From positions 6,304,001 through 6,368,000 of the forward strand of contig OY761158.1 in the NCBI GenBank assembly GCA_963664405.1: a stretch of 64,000 nucleotides of DNA, given 5' to 3'. Numbering within the stretch: position 1 is the stretch's first letter; each line of letters opens with the position of its first letter. Below are positions 30,266 to 40,830 of the stretch, piece after piece. The position numbers and the translations under genes are program-made. The DNA is from Thermoanaerobaculia bacterium. GTDB taxonomy: Bacteria > Acidobacteriota > Thermoanaerobaculia > Multivoradales > Multivoraceae. The notes beneath the pieces are model-generated. The model saw nothing but the letters and a program-made list of their open reading frames with translations. It did no database searches and had not been told where the DNA came from.

Positions 30266-32270
30266 GGGTCGGCGCGGAAATAACTTCACATTATCGCCGG
30301 AGCGTGTGAGGCCGAGGCGCCACAGGGCGGTCGCTGCATTGGAGGTGGTGGTGAGCTGAGCCCAGGCTGTGGGGCAAGCTCTTCCTGCTCGGTTCGCGGT
30401 CTCGGCGAGAGGGTGTAGTTCCACTTTCCTAGGAAGTCGCTCCTGGCCACCGCGAGCTGCAGCATTTCCTTGTCCGATACCCTGACTCCTTTCTGGTATT
30501 GGCGTTGATCACGGCACGGCTCGACGCGCAGTCCGGTGGATGTCGTCGTGTTGCGGACGAGGTTGACGAGGATCTCGAAACTCTCGAGAGGAACTCCGGC
30601 CCAGTTCTTGCTGATCTCGCTGAACATCCTGTGCTCGATGGGATTCCATTTACTGGTGCCAGTTGGATAGTGGGCGACGGTGATGATGAGGCCGCACTTG
30701 TCTACGAGCTTCTCCTGGAGGTACTTCTTCCAGGCTCGAAGCCGTGCGCCGTTGCTTGCGCCGCTGTCGGCAAGAATGAGGAGACGCTGAGACGCCGGAT
30801 AGTGAGATCGACCGTATTTGAGCCACCAGGTCGCGATGCTGTTGACAGCGAACTCCGGCGTGTCCGACGACTGTCCGAGGACGAGAACGCCGAAGTTCCT
30901 CTGAAGATCGTAGATCCCATAGGGGGAGGCGATGGCGAGAGCTTCGGACCGGAAGTCGTGATCCTTGACCCGCTTGGCCTCGCGGCACCATGTCTGTCCC
31001 TGGTTCTTGAACCGACCGATCAGCTCCTTCTTCTTCGTATCGACGCTGATGATCGGGTCGCCAGCGCTTGTGAAATCCTCGCGCAGTCGCTTGATGGCCT
31101 TGAACTGTGCATCACGATCTGGGGAGTTCCCCGAAGACAGACATTTCCTATTGCTCTTGAGGGAATAGTTCAGGTCTGCGAGCAATCGACGCACCACCGT
31201 AGCCGATACGATGATGTCAAGGCGTTCGGCAAGGCATTGGGCCACCTTTGCAGCGGTCTCGTGCGTCCATCTTTTTGATGACATGGGATCACCAGCTATA
31301 TCGGCCTCGAGTATGGAATGGATTCCATCGACTATCTCGGGCGTTTTTTTTCCACTCGTTGGTTGCCACCGCCTGCTCTTCGAACTCTTCCGCGCTCCAC
31401 GGAGCCGCCGAAGAGCTCGCGACGTCCTTTTGCGACTGTATGAGGGTCCAGGTCCAGAAGATCGGCGATCTTCCGGTCGCCGCCATGCCCGAGCTTGGTC
31501 GCTTCCAGGCCAGCGAAGAGCCGCCGCTGGCGTTCGTCTAGCAGGCTGAAGAATAAAACGATGGCAGCCCTGAGCTCCTCGGGGAGCACTTCTGGAACGA
31601 GGCTGGCAGCTACATCCTGGAGAGCCTGCCGTTCGTTGCGCATCAGCTTCTGCTGACGACGGCGCCCTGTTTCCGAGCACAAGTATACGAACCTCTTCCC
31701 AACTCTGGATCGTACGATTCTCTTGCGACGAACGAGGTGCAACATCGCGTGCTTGACCTCGACCTGCAGCAGGAGCTCGAGTTCAGAAGCCGTATAGCCG
31801 GCAGCGGACCGGTCCACGGCAGCCACCGCAGTTTCGAGGAGGCTGCCATGCCGACTGAACCTCGCCGAACCGCACGACCACAAACCCAGATCGTCGAAAT
31901 CGGGAATCTCGTTCAAGGTATAGAACCGCCCTCGATCCGAGTAGCTGGCCAAATAGCCCAATCGAGACAGCGAACGGTAGACCGTCATGGTGGCTCGGGT
32001 TCCCATGGCGTCCTTGAGCTCATCCATGGTGGCCATCTGTTCGCTCATCAAGAGCTCGCGCACTGTTGCATCACGATCTTCGGCTCGTACCATTTGGTAT
32101 AGTTCCCCTTCCAAAAGAGGTGACAGGGAAAACTATACCAAATGCGGGCAGGGCTATGCTAGCTCTAAACCTTGCAAACAAGGCGCGTACCGGAGGATTA
32201 TGCGGTGGCTGAAGAAGGGGGCAGTGGTATGGTCACCCCAGATACTGGAAACTTATTTCCGCGCCGACCC
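30266..32270 (-). mobile_element. ISAzo13-family insertion sequence, complete
   Basis: Perfect 18-bp IRs GGGTCGGCGCGGAAATAA; TAA target duplication at 30263-30265 and 32271-32273. Confidence 0.92.
30286..32114 (-). CDS. ISAzo13 transposase, orfA (31332-32114) fused to orfB by a probable -1 frameshift at A8 (31344-31351)
   Basis: ISVDTKKKE, ADSGASNG, SKWNPIEHR; frame 0 VEKKRPR*, frame -1 KKTPEIVD. Confidence 0.85.
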
Positions 32271-32515
32271 TAAGGTGCCGAAAGGCATCCACACAATGAG
32301 CTGCGGTCTGCGTGGGCCGGACTGGCTCAACGCTACCTTAATGTGCATGATTGGAAGAGTCAATCATTTGCATCAAGCAATCGAACGCCCGCTCAGCCTG
32401 GCTGGAGCGTGAGCTTCAGCTTGCCGAGTTGCGTCGCCCAATCCAGCCCCGACCCAAGGCAGAATATCCGGCTGGCACCTTGGCAGCCGAAGGCTGCCCG
32501 GGCTTTCCAACCGAA

Positions 32516-32679
32516 GTCCGAAGGCTATTCGTCGTCTCTTGGCGGCGGCAACACTGCAGATGATCGGACTACTTCGAGCGACGGATCTCATCGGCGGCTT
32601 CCAGGCGTGGCGGGCGGCGGGTCTCCCCGTGGTCAGAGGCCGTTCACCATCGGCGCCTCGCTTGTTCAAGCGACCGTGA
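32516..32679 (+). pseudogene. Rhodanese-like C-terminal fragment (frameshifted)
   Basis: SEGYSSSL/AAATLQMIGLLRATDLIGGFQAWRAAGLPV directly after repeat R6. Confidence 0.65.
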
Positions 32680-32771
32680 AACGCTGGGTAGGCATTGTCA
32701 GCTTAAGAGTCTGCCCCTTACAAAGAGTTACCGAGGGACGCCACCCCGGCTCCGCCGTGAAGTGTTCGTCG

Positions 32772-33017
32772 CTAGAGGCTCACGGGGGAGCCGAGCTCCT
32801 CCAAGTGCCGCGCGATCAACATCTTGATCAAGGACTGCCGAGGCACTCCTAGCCTCGAGGCCTCGCGATCAAGTGACTCGATCATCCAGATGGGGAAGTC
32901 CACGTTGACGCGTCGTTGGTCGTGGCCGGGGCGACGCGCCTTCGTGAGGTCGAGGTACTTCAGGATGTCCTCGCCGGTGTCGAACTTCCGGTCGAGTTCC
33001 TTTGCCTTAGCCTTCAT
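32772..33017 (-). CDS. BrnA/CopG-like antitoxin
   Basis: ELDRKFDTGEDI, RRVNVDFPIWMIESLD, RQSLIK. Confidence 0.85.
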   Translation of the reverse strand: MKAKAKELDRKFDTGEDILKYLDLTKARRPGHDQRRVNVDFPIWMIESLDREASRLGVPRQSLIKMLIARHLEELGSPVSL

Positions 33018-33267
33018 AGAGTTCAACCTCCTCTCCGCGGGATCTGCGTACCGAGATGACCCGCGCGCGATCGCTTCGATAGGTGATCACGGCGGACCAA
33101 TGAACGTCGCCGATCTTGCCGACAACCAGGAACCGTGGTTCGTCCGTGGTGCGGGCCGGCACTTCGATTCGATCCGGGTCGTTCCATAGTTGCTGTGCCT
33201 CGGTGAAATCGATGCCATGCTTCGTCAGATTCGAGCGGCTCTTTCGCGCGTCGAACTCGAAGTTCAT
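33007..33267 (-). CDS. brnT: BrnT-family toxin
   Basis: FEFDARKSRSNLTKHGIDF, RVISVRR. Confidence 0.9.
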   Translation of the reverse strand: MNFEFDARKSRSNLTKHGIDFTEAQQLWNDPDRIEVPARTTDEPRFLVVGKIGDVHWSAVITYRSDRARVISVRRSRGEEVELYEG

Positions 33268-33425
33268 GGTATAGAAAGTATACCTTTCCCCGCCCTGTCC
33301 GAGAAATCGGCCGCGTCCTGAGTGCCTGCCAGATCGACGTTTGATGACGGCCAAGATCCCAGGATGAGAGGCGTGCTGCCCCGTAGAGCGCGAAAAAGCA
33401 GCCGGCACGGGCTTTCCAACAGAAG

Positions 33426-33451
33426 TGGAGCTACCCCGTTTCAGTGGACAG
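33426..33451. mobile_element. Orphan IS3-like terminal repeat
   Basis: TGGAGCTACCCCGTTTCAGTGGACAG resembles IS3-family ends and the end at 42568-42592. Confidence 0.5.
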
Positions 33452-33641
33452 TTAGTTGTTGGGGTGATCGTACGGTGGCGCTCGGCCCGGTTGCTGTGAG
33501 CAGTCGGGCTCTGCCGTAGGATCGTCCTCGGGCCCCTCAGATTCCGTCTACCTACGCAGAAGGCATATCACTTCCCGGTTCGGTCTCCCTCACCGGTTCC
33601 GGCGCCGGCTCATGGCGCTGCGCGCCGTGCCTTGGCGCAGC

Positions 33642-33670
33642 AAAAAAAACCGGCGGCCGAAGCCGCCGGT
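33642..33670 (-). terminator. Rho-independent terminator of the TonB receptor gene
   Basis: Minus strand CCGGCGGC-TTCG-GCCGCCGG-T8. Confidence 0.9.
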
Positions 33671-35604
33671 CTCTCGCTGTCTCTGTCTTATCGAACGCGG
33701 AGTCGCGCTTAGAATAGGAAGCCCACTTTGAGGCGAAACTCCCGCGTGGTCTGGTAAGAACCGATCGTGTTGGGGGGCAGGCCGTTGGAGCGGGTGACAA
33801 CTGCTTGTTCCTGCTCGTCGGTGATGTTGGCGACCTCGAACCCGAGCTGGCCGCTGAACTTCCCGCCAACTGGGAATTCCCACATGGCGTTCACGTTGAG
33901 GGTGAAGAGCTCCTCGAGAGTATTCGCGTCGATCGGCTCGCGGGCCGTCGAGGTATTGATCCTCTGACCGGACACCGGGGGCGGATTCAACTGGTCGTCG
34001 CAACATCTCGTGATGGAGGTGTTTCGATGGGAGTTGGCAAGTGTCAGGGTGCGATTCGAGCGATGCGTGGCCAGATGCGGTCACCTGGCCGGCCCTCGAC
34101 AGCGCGGCGCGAGGACCGGATCCGGTTCTGGGAGACGATCGCTCGTGGGGCGTCCAGCGAGGACGCCGCAACAGAGGCTGGGGTGTCGCCGGCTGTCGGG
34201 TCGAGATGGTTCAGGCAAGCTGGTGGAATGCGACCTATCTCGTTGGCTCCGGTGTCGGGGCGTTATCTGTCGTTCGCCGAGCGTGAAGAGATCGCCATCC
34301 TTCACGCTCAGCATGTTGGGGTACGTGAGATCGCTCGCCGCCTGGGTCGTTCACCGTCGACGATTTCGCGGGAGCTGCGCCGCAACGCGGCGACTCGCAG
34401 CCGTGCCGTAACTTATCGGGCCACGACTGCGCAGTGGCACGCAGAGCGGCGCGCCAGCCGTCCGAAGGTCTCCAAGCTTGCCGCGAACGATGCCTTGCGT
34501 GAGTACGTGCAGAACCGCCTCGCCGGCGTGATCGCAAGGCCTGACGGGGAGCTGGTGCCGGGTCCGGATGTGCGTTGGATCGGCCGTCGGCACGGCCGTC
34601 GCCAGGATCGGCGTTGGGCGAAATCCTGGAGTCCGGAGCAGATCTCGAACCGGCTTCGGATTGATTTCCCCCATAATGAGTCGATGCGGATCTCTCACGA
34701 GGCGATCTACCAAGCGCTCTACATCCAAGGTCGAGGAGCCCTCAAACGCGAGCTCGTCGCGTGCCTGCGAACCGGGCGAGCGCTACGAGTGCCGCATGCG
34801 CGAACCCGGGGGAGAGGCAAGAAATTTGTAACTCCGGAGATCATGATCAGCGAACGCCCCGCCGAAGCCGGCGACAGGGCCGTGCCGGGTCACTGGGAAG
34901 GCGACCTGATCGTCGGGCTCGAGAGCTCAGCGATCGGGACCCTCGTCGAACGCACTACGCGGTTCACGATGCTGCTGCACCTGCCCCGCATGGAAGGGCA
35001 CGGGACCGAATCGAGGGTGAAGAACGGGCCGGCCCTCGCCGGGCACGGCGCCGAAGCCGTCCGTGACGCGATCGCGGTGTCAATCACCACGCTGCCCGAG
35101 CAGCTCCGCCGGTCCTTGACCTGGGACCAGGGCGCCGAGATGGCTCAACACGCTCAACTCCGCGTCGATACCGGCCTCGCGATCTACTTCTGCGACCCGC
35201 ACAGCCCCTGGCAGCGGGGCACCAACGAGAACACCAACGGACTACTGTTGATGGCTGCGAGCAAGCGCATCCCGTTGGCTGCGAGCGCAGTTTCCGGGAT
35301 GGAGTGAGCTGAGGGCTTCGCGACCGCGGGAAAGCTAGGCCTTCTTCAGGAAGGGCGGCATCATCCCGCCGGAACGGCGGTCCGGGTGCGTGGTCCCGGC
35401 GGCGTGTTTGCGGTCGGAAGAGATGCGTGAGTCGGTGTAGGGCTTTGCAGTGCGGGCTCTGCTCTGATAGAGCAGGCCGACCAGAGACGGCGAGAGCCCG
35501 GGAAAGCGAAGTAGAAAACGCCCCGGGCTCTGCCCCAAACCGCAGCATTAGCTGCGCTTGCAGTATGGCAGAGAGTCGGGGTCGTCGTCGAATGGGAGGC
35601 GACG

Positions 35605-36000
35605 ATGCGACCGGACTACCGACTCTTCGACTGTGCTCGATGCCGTCGGCGTATCTCGCTGTGCTCGCACTGTGACCGTGGCCAGCGTTACTGCCGGGCT
35701 TGTGCTCTGGTGGCTCGTCGGGAATCGACTCGGGCGGCCGGCCATCGGTACCAGCGAAGCCTCCGAGGTCGGCATTGTCATGCCGCCCGTCAGGCCCGCT
35801 ACCGTCGGCGCCAGCGCGAGCGGGCAGAGAAAGTGACGCATCAGGGTACCCCAGGCGGTACTTCGGGGAGGACACTGTGTCGGATCGAGACTCCGAGGCG
35901 CGAAGTGCGCTACGACCCGAGGAATCCGCGATGCATGCAGTGTGGAGAGGCCTGCCGAGAGTTTGTGCGAACGAGCTTTCGTCGTTGCCGACGGAGATAG
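35605..36000 (+). CDS. Cys-rich (Zn-finger-like) IS21 accessory protein
   Basis: CARC, CSHCDRGQRYC, CMQC; directly upstream of istA. Confidence 0.7.
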   Translation: MRPDYRLFDCARCRRRISLCSHCDRGQRYCRACALVARRESTRAAGHRYQRSLRGRHCHAARQARYRRRQRERAEKVTHQGTPGGTSGRTLCRIETPRREVRYDPRNPRCMQCGEACREFVRTSFRRCRRR

Positions 36001-36687
36001 GGGCGTGATCGACGCACAGCTGCGCGGGGAGATCCGTCGTCTGTTCCTGGTCGAGAAGTGGAAAGTCGGCACGATCGCTCGACAGCTACAGCTGCACCCC
36101 TCAACCGTGCGCCGGGCGCTGGAGAAGTCCGGCGTGCTACCCCAGCAGCGACGAGGGAGGATGATCGATCCTTACCTGCCGTTCATCGAGCAGGTGCTCG
36201 GGACCTACCCACGACTGCCGGCGAGCCGTCTCTACACCATGGTGGTGGAGCGCGGCTATCCAGGAGGCCCGGATCAGTTTCGCCACCTGGTGGCCTCGAT
36301 GCGACCGAAGCCCCAGCGCGAGGCGTTTCTCTCGCTGCGCATGCTGCCAGGAGAGCAGGCGCAGGTCGACTGGGGCCACTTCGGTCGGCTCCGCGTCGGC
36401 CGGGCACATCGTCGGCTCTATGCCTTCGTCTTCGTGCTGTCGTTCTCGCGCACGGTCTTCGTGCACTTCACCCTCGACACTCGTCTCGAAACCTTCTTGC
36501 ACGCTCACCAGCTGGCCTTCCACTACGTCGACGGCGTCGTCAGGACCGTTCTGTACGACAACCTGCGAACCGCGGTGATCGAGCGGCAGGGAACCGCGGT
36601 GCGCTTCCATCCCGTGCTGCTCGATTTCGCCAGCCACTACGGCTTCCTTCCCACCGTCGCCGCGGTGGCTCGGGGAAATGAGAAGGG

Positions 36688-38781
36688 CTACGCTTCACAC
36701 TGCACCTCCTCCGTAGGGTTCGGTTCGACGTCGAGGCGGCGCCGTCGTTTCGAGAGTTTTCGGCCCTGCATTTTGACGGGCGGGTCGTCGCCGGGATGCT
36801 CGTAGAGGCACTCGTTCTTGTCGTTGTAGGCATGGGCACGCAGCAGGCCGTGGTTGCGCCATGTCTTCACCGTGTGGGTCGCGACACCCAGTAGGTCAGC
36901 CATCTCTTCGAGGGTAAGCATTCCCCCCTCACGCAGTCGGTCGTACCTCTTCTTGATGTCGTAGTCACGGCGCAGTCGCCGGACGATGCCGGCGTGAAAT
37001 CGTTTGCCCTCTCCGGAGAGATGGCCTCTGTCGTTGAGGATGCTCGCAATCTCGGCCTCGGTGTAGTCATCAAGCAGGGTATCAATCTCGGCAACGACCT
37101 GTTTCGAGGTTTGGCGTAACTCCCATGCTGTCGGCGGAATGGGCAGTTTGAGACTTCGTGTCGCGCCACCTCGGAAGCGGACACCGACAACGATCTCGTC
37201 GCCCTTCGTCAAGGTGACGTCCTCGATGAGCAAGCGCACCATGCGCTTGCGCTCGCGTTGAGGCGTCTTCGGGTCGTTCCACAACCGCGGGAAGTCGGTG
37301 GCGAGGGCGAGGATCTCTTCTCGTTGCTGGTCGCCGAGCTGTTGGTGATCTTGCTGGCGGCGCTGCTCGAGCTCCTCCTGTGCGTCGTGCAGCCCGCGCA
37401 GCCTCTCGTTCCACTCGGCCTCGAGGACATCCACCACGAGGCGGTTCCCCGGATCGACCTCCATGAAGCGACGCCGAGCCAAGTCAGCCTCCTGTCGAGC
37501 TCGCTGTACGTGCTGGCGCCGCAGGGAATCGGCCTCGTGGATCCGTGCATCGAGCTCGACCTGGACTTTCAGTGCAACCTCCAGAGTCACAGGCGTAACC
37601 GTCTCCACAAGCAGCTCTCCGATGGCCCGATCGATGCCCTTGCCCGGGATCGACTGACACTTGGGTGTCGCGGTGTCGATGCCCTCGCGCTGGCAGACGT
37701 ACTCGGGCCACTGAGTGCCCCTGCGCGTGTGATAGCGGACCGTCATCCGATGGCCACAAACGCCGCAGAGGACCAAGCCCTGCACCAGCGCTGGCCCCTC
37801 GCGCGGTGGGCTCTTGCGCCGGTCTCGGCCGTGGGCCTGGGCGTTGTCTCGTAGTCGTCTCAGGTTTTCTTCGAATTGTTCCCAGGGAATGTATCCGGGG
37901 TGCGCGTCGAGCAACAGCGCGGTCCACTCCTCCCGCGGAAGCGACTTGACCTCGACGGTGCCGTTGACGCGCCTTTGCGTGTGAGTGCGACCGAAACAGA
38001 AAGCGCCAGCGTAGCGGGGATTGTGCAGCACCCTCAGGACGCGCCAGTGGCGCAACGACTCCCACAACAGCTCTCCCTTGTGGGGGCCGAAGCGCGGCCG
38101 GCGCGGAAACCGCAAGCCTTGCTCGCGGAAGTGTTTGACCGTCGCCGAGGCCGAGCCCATACGCTCGAAGGTCTCGAACAGGTGCTCGAAGCTCCGTTGG
38201 ACCTGGCCGTCGGGATCGAGCACCACGTTACCGGTCGGGTCGTAGAGTAGGCCGACGGGTAACGGGGTTTGCAGCGCACCTCGGCGCGCCTGATTCAGAA
38301 TGCCTCCGCGCAGCCGAGCCCGCATCACGTGAAGCTCCGCCTCGCTCATCGTGCCCTTGAGCCCGAGCAGAAGGCGATCGTTGAAATCACTCGGGCTGTA
38401 GACCCCGTCCTCGTCAAGGATCAGCGTGTCGGTCAGCGCGCAGATCTCCAGCAGTCGATGCCAGTCCGTGCTATTGCGTGCCAGGCGCGAAACCTCCAGC
38501 CCGAGAACGATCCCGGCTCGGCCCATACCGACCTCGCCGACGAGCTTCTGAAAGCCCTCGCGGTCGACGCTGGAAGCTGCGGACTTACCCAGGTCCGAGT
38601 CGATCACGATGACTCGCTCGATGGGCCATCCCATCGCCACCGCGCGCTCTCGCAACGCGTACTGGCGTCTCGTGCTCTCCGTATTCTCGAACACCTGGCG
38701 CACGGTCGACTGGCGAACATACAGGTACGCATCGCGTCGCAGGTGGCTTGGGGTCACCTTCTGGTGGGCGCTTGCGCTCAT
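36688..38781 (-). CDS. Large serine recombinase (resolvase, recombinase and Zn-ribbon domains)
   Basis: YVRQST, DLGKSA, EVSRLARN, LHNPRYAG, CGVCG, YVC; stop codon overlaps the att core. Confidence 0.93.
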   Translation of the reverse strand: MSASAHQKVTPSHLRRDAYLYVRQSTVRQVFENTESTRRQYALRERAVAMGWPIERVIVIDSDLGKSAASSVDREGFQKLVGEVGMGRAGIVLGLEVSRLARNSTDWHRLLEICALTDTLILDEDGVYSPSDFNDRLLLGLKGTMSEAELHVMRARLRGGILNQARRGALQTPLPVGLLYDPTGNVVLDPDGQVQRSFEHLFETFERMGSASATVKHFREQGLRFPRRPRFGPHKGELLWESLRHWRVLRVLHNPRYAGAFCFGRTHTQRRVNGTVEVKSLPREEWTALLLDAHPGYIPWEQFEENLRRLRDNAQAHGRDRRKSPPREGPALVQGLVLCGVCGHRMTVRYHTRRGTQWPEYVCQREGIDTATPKCQSIPGKGIDRAIGELLVETVTPVTLEVALKVQVELDARIHEADSLRRQHVQRARQEADLARRRFMEVDPGNRLVVDVLEAEWNERLRGLHDAQEELEQRRQQDHQQLGDQQREEILALATDFPRLWNDPKTPQRERKRMVRLLIEDVTLTKGDEIVVGVRFRGGATRSLKLPIPPTAWELRQTSKQVVAEIDTLLDDYTEAEIASILNDRGHLSGEGKRFHAGIVRRLRRDYDIKKRYDRLREGGMLTLEEMADLLGVATHTVKTWRNHGLLRAHAYNDKNECLYEHPGDDPPVKMQGRKLSKRRRRLDVEPNPTEEVQCEA

Positions 38782-39065
38782 GCGTGGTTCTCCTCTAGAT
38801 GGCTGAGAGCCATGGCGGCCAGCACGTTGATCAGATCCGCGCTCGTATCGTGAGGCAGTGCGGACGGCCTGGCTATCTCGGCGGACGGTGCCGGGGTCGG
38901 CGCGGGCATCTTGGACCCCTGTTCAACCCAAGCGGCCAGCCCTTGTCGCAGGAGAACGGCCAAGCCGAACCGAACCGATAGGAGCTGCCGCTTCGCCGCA
39001 TGTCCTCGGAGCTCCTCGTAGCGAGCGACATGGGCCGGAGCGTTCTGCTGGCGTGTCGCGCTCAT
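38778..39065 (-). CDS. Small hypothetical protein of the recombinase element
   Basis: ATGA-coupled on both sides; RYEELR...GLAVLLRQGLAAW. Confidence 0.75.
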   Translation of the reverse strand: MSATRQQNAPAHVARYEELRGHAAKRQLLSVRFGLAVLLRQGLAAWVEQGSKMPAPTPAPSAEIARPSALPHDTSADLINVLAAMALSHLEENHA

Positions 39066-39529
39066 GGCCGGCGTTTTTTTTCCTGGCGAGCCAGGGCTCG
39101 CTCAATGCTGCGCGGATGGATCGAGATGCCAAAGCGCTTCTGCACCCACTCGACCAGGGCGGTTGCATCTGCGTCCGGCTCCCCCTCCAGCCTGTCGTGC
39201 AGGGCCTCGACGACCTCCTCGGATAGCTTGTGGGCGCGGCGCGGCCCCGGCTTTCTTGGCAGCAACGCGGGTAGGCCGCCTTCTTCGTAAACCACCTGGG
39301 CGTGGTAGAAGGATGGGCGCGACAACCCGAAGCTTGCCGCGCTCCGGCTCACCGTGTGTCTGTCCACCCGGACACGGCGCAGCATCTCGTACTTGACCTG
39401 CACGAGGTCTCGAGGGTCGAAGAACTCGCTCGAGGTGAACAAATCGTCCGAGACCTTCTCCGGCTGGGGATGAAGGCACCCTCGTTGACGGAGGGCCTCG
39501 GCTTTCGGGTCGGGTCTGCGTCGCGGCAT
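39062..39529 (-). CDS. HTH protein of the recombinase element
   Basis: FFDPRDLVQVKYEMLR, FGLSRPSFY, SIHPRSIERAL; GAGGAG RBS. Confidence 0.8.
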   Translation of the reverse strand: MPRRRPDPKAEALRQRGCLHPQPEKVSDDLFTSSEFFDPRDLVQVKYEMLRRVRVDRHTVSRSAASFGLSRPSFYHAQVVYEEGGLPALLPRKPGPRRAHKLSEEVVEALHDRLEGEPDADATALVEWVQKRFGISIHPRSIERALARQEKKRRP

Positions 39530-39554
39530 GGTCTCCTCATGGAATGTAATTCTA

Positions 39555-39582
39555 ATTATGCCTTTCATGGATCCTCTGTCAA
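39555..39582 (-). promoter_or_regulatory. Putative sigma70 promoter TTGACA-N16-CATAAT for the HTH-small ORF-recombinase operon
   Basis: Perfect -35 and 5/6 -10 in an AT-rich intergenic gap. Confidence 0.65.
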
Positions 39583-39741
39583 GGGGTGTCCACCAAGAGA
39601 GTACCGATAGATCGTGCATTAAATTGGCCTATCTCTACACTCCTGGTCACACTCTGGCACTCTTCCCGACATAATTGTGATTACATTCACGGCATAATCT
39701 CCTTTACGCACGGTGCCCCTCAACCGTCCTCGCGCAGCTCT

Positions 39742-40040
39742 TCATCGCTCGCTCTCCCGGGTCAGCTTGGCGAGCTCGAGCAGGTCGGCCAAGCGGTACA
39801 TCGATCTGCCTGCGGAGAGGACAACCACGGGGTCCTCGGCCACCGCACTCGTCCAACGCGCTGGAAGGGAGCGTAGCTCCTCGCATTCATCCAGGTAGAA
39901 GACCCGGTCCTCGCCCCAGCACTGGCGATAGTGAGCCAGCTCGTACTCACGCCCCAACAGCGGGTGGAACGGATGGGTTACCCGAAAACGTCGTTGCTCA
40001 CAATCTGTATCGGGTGCATTCGACCATTGAGCCCAAAGGC
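39742..40040 (-). CDS. DUF5372 (Y4bD/Y4pK)-like protein; N-terminus cut at the att site
   Basis: FRVTHPFHPL, SLPARWT, RLADLLEL; the frame runs across the element boundary. Confidence 0.75.
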
Positions 40041-40830
40041 CGCGTCGAGCGCGCAATCCGCTTCCTGCGAAGCTCGTTCTTCGGCGCCCGAACGGTGAGC
40101 GATTTGGATCGTCTGAATCGGCAGGTCCTGGAATGGTGCCAGAGGTCGCAGCGCAGACCCTGGCCGCAGGACCGACAGCGAACCGTGAAAAGCGCCCTGG
40201 CCCAGGAACGACCTCGACTGCTTGAGCTTCCCGGAGACGACTTCGAAACCGACCTGCGACTGGAGATCAAGGTCAGAAAGACGCCGATCGTGCGCTTCGA
40301 CCTCAACGACTACTCGGTGCCGCACAGTCATGTGCAGAGGACCGTCACGCTCCTCGCCAGCGAGCATCGGGTGCGGATCCTCGATGGCCAGGAGCTCCTC
40401 GCCGAGCACCCTCGCTCGTACTCCCGGGGCGAGCAGATCCTCGATCCTCAACACCTCGAGGAGCTCCTCGCTCACAAACGCAGGGCCCGACGACACCGGG
40501 GCTTCCATCGGCTGTTTTCCGCTGTGCCTCGATGCGAAGAGCTGATGCAGCAGCTCGCCGAGCGAGGCGAGAACCTCGGAACGCAGACCGCCGGCCTGCT
40601 CCGACTCCTGCGCCAGTACGGCCCCCAGCGACTCGACAAAGCCGTGCGCGAAGCGCTCCTGAACCACGCACCGCGATTCCAGTCCGTCCGGCTCCTACTC
40701 GAACGGCACCAGCGCGGCCTCGGTCAGCCCCCGGCTTTACCGGTGCCGCTCAGCCAGGAGCTCCAACAGCGAGATCTCTCCGTGAGACCGCACAACCTCG
40801 AGGACTACGACCAACTTGGAGGCAACGACG

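Larger units (their letters stand above)
36686..40040 (-). mobile_element. 3.35-kb serine-recombinase integrative element targeting the istA KGxVE motif
   Basis: GGC core at 36686-36688 and 40038-40040; four minus-strand genes; excision restores istA. Confidence 0.88.

Noticed and set aside
20592-32502. 45-bp repeats as a CRISPR array
   Set aside because: Irregular spacing up to several kb, mixed orientation, no cas genes
26885-33500. Integron cassette array
   Set aside because: No tyrosine integrase and no convincing RYYYAAC...GTTRRRY attC sites, despite the TA-rich content
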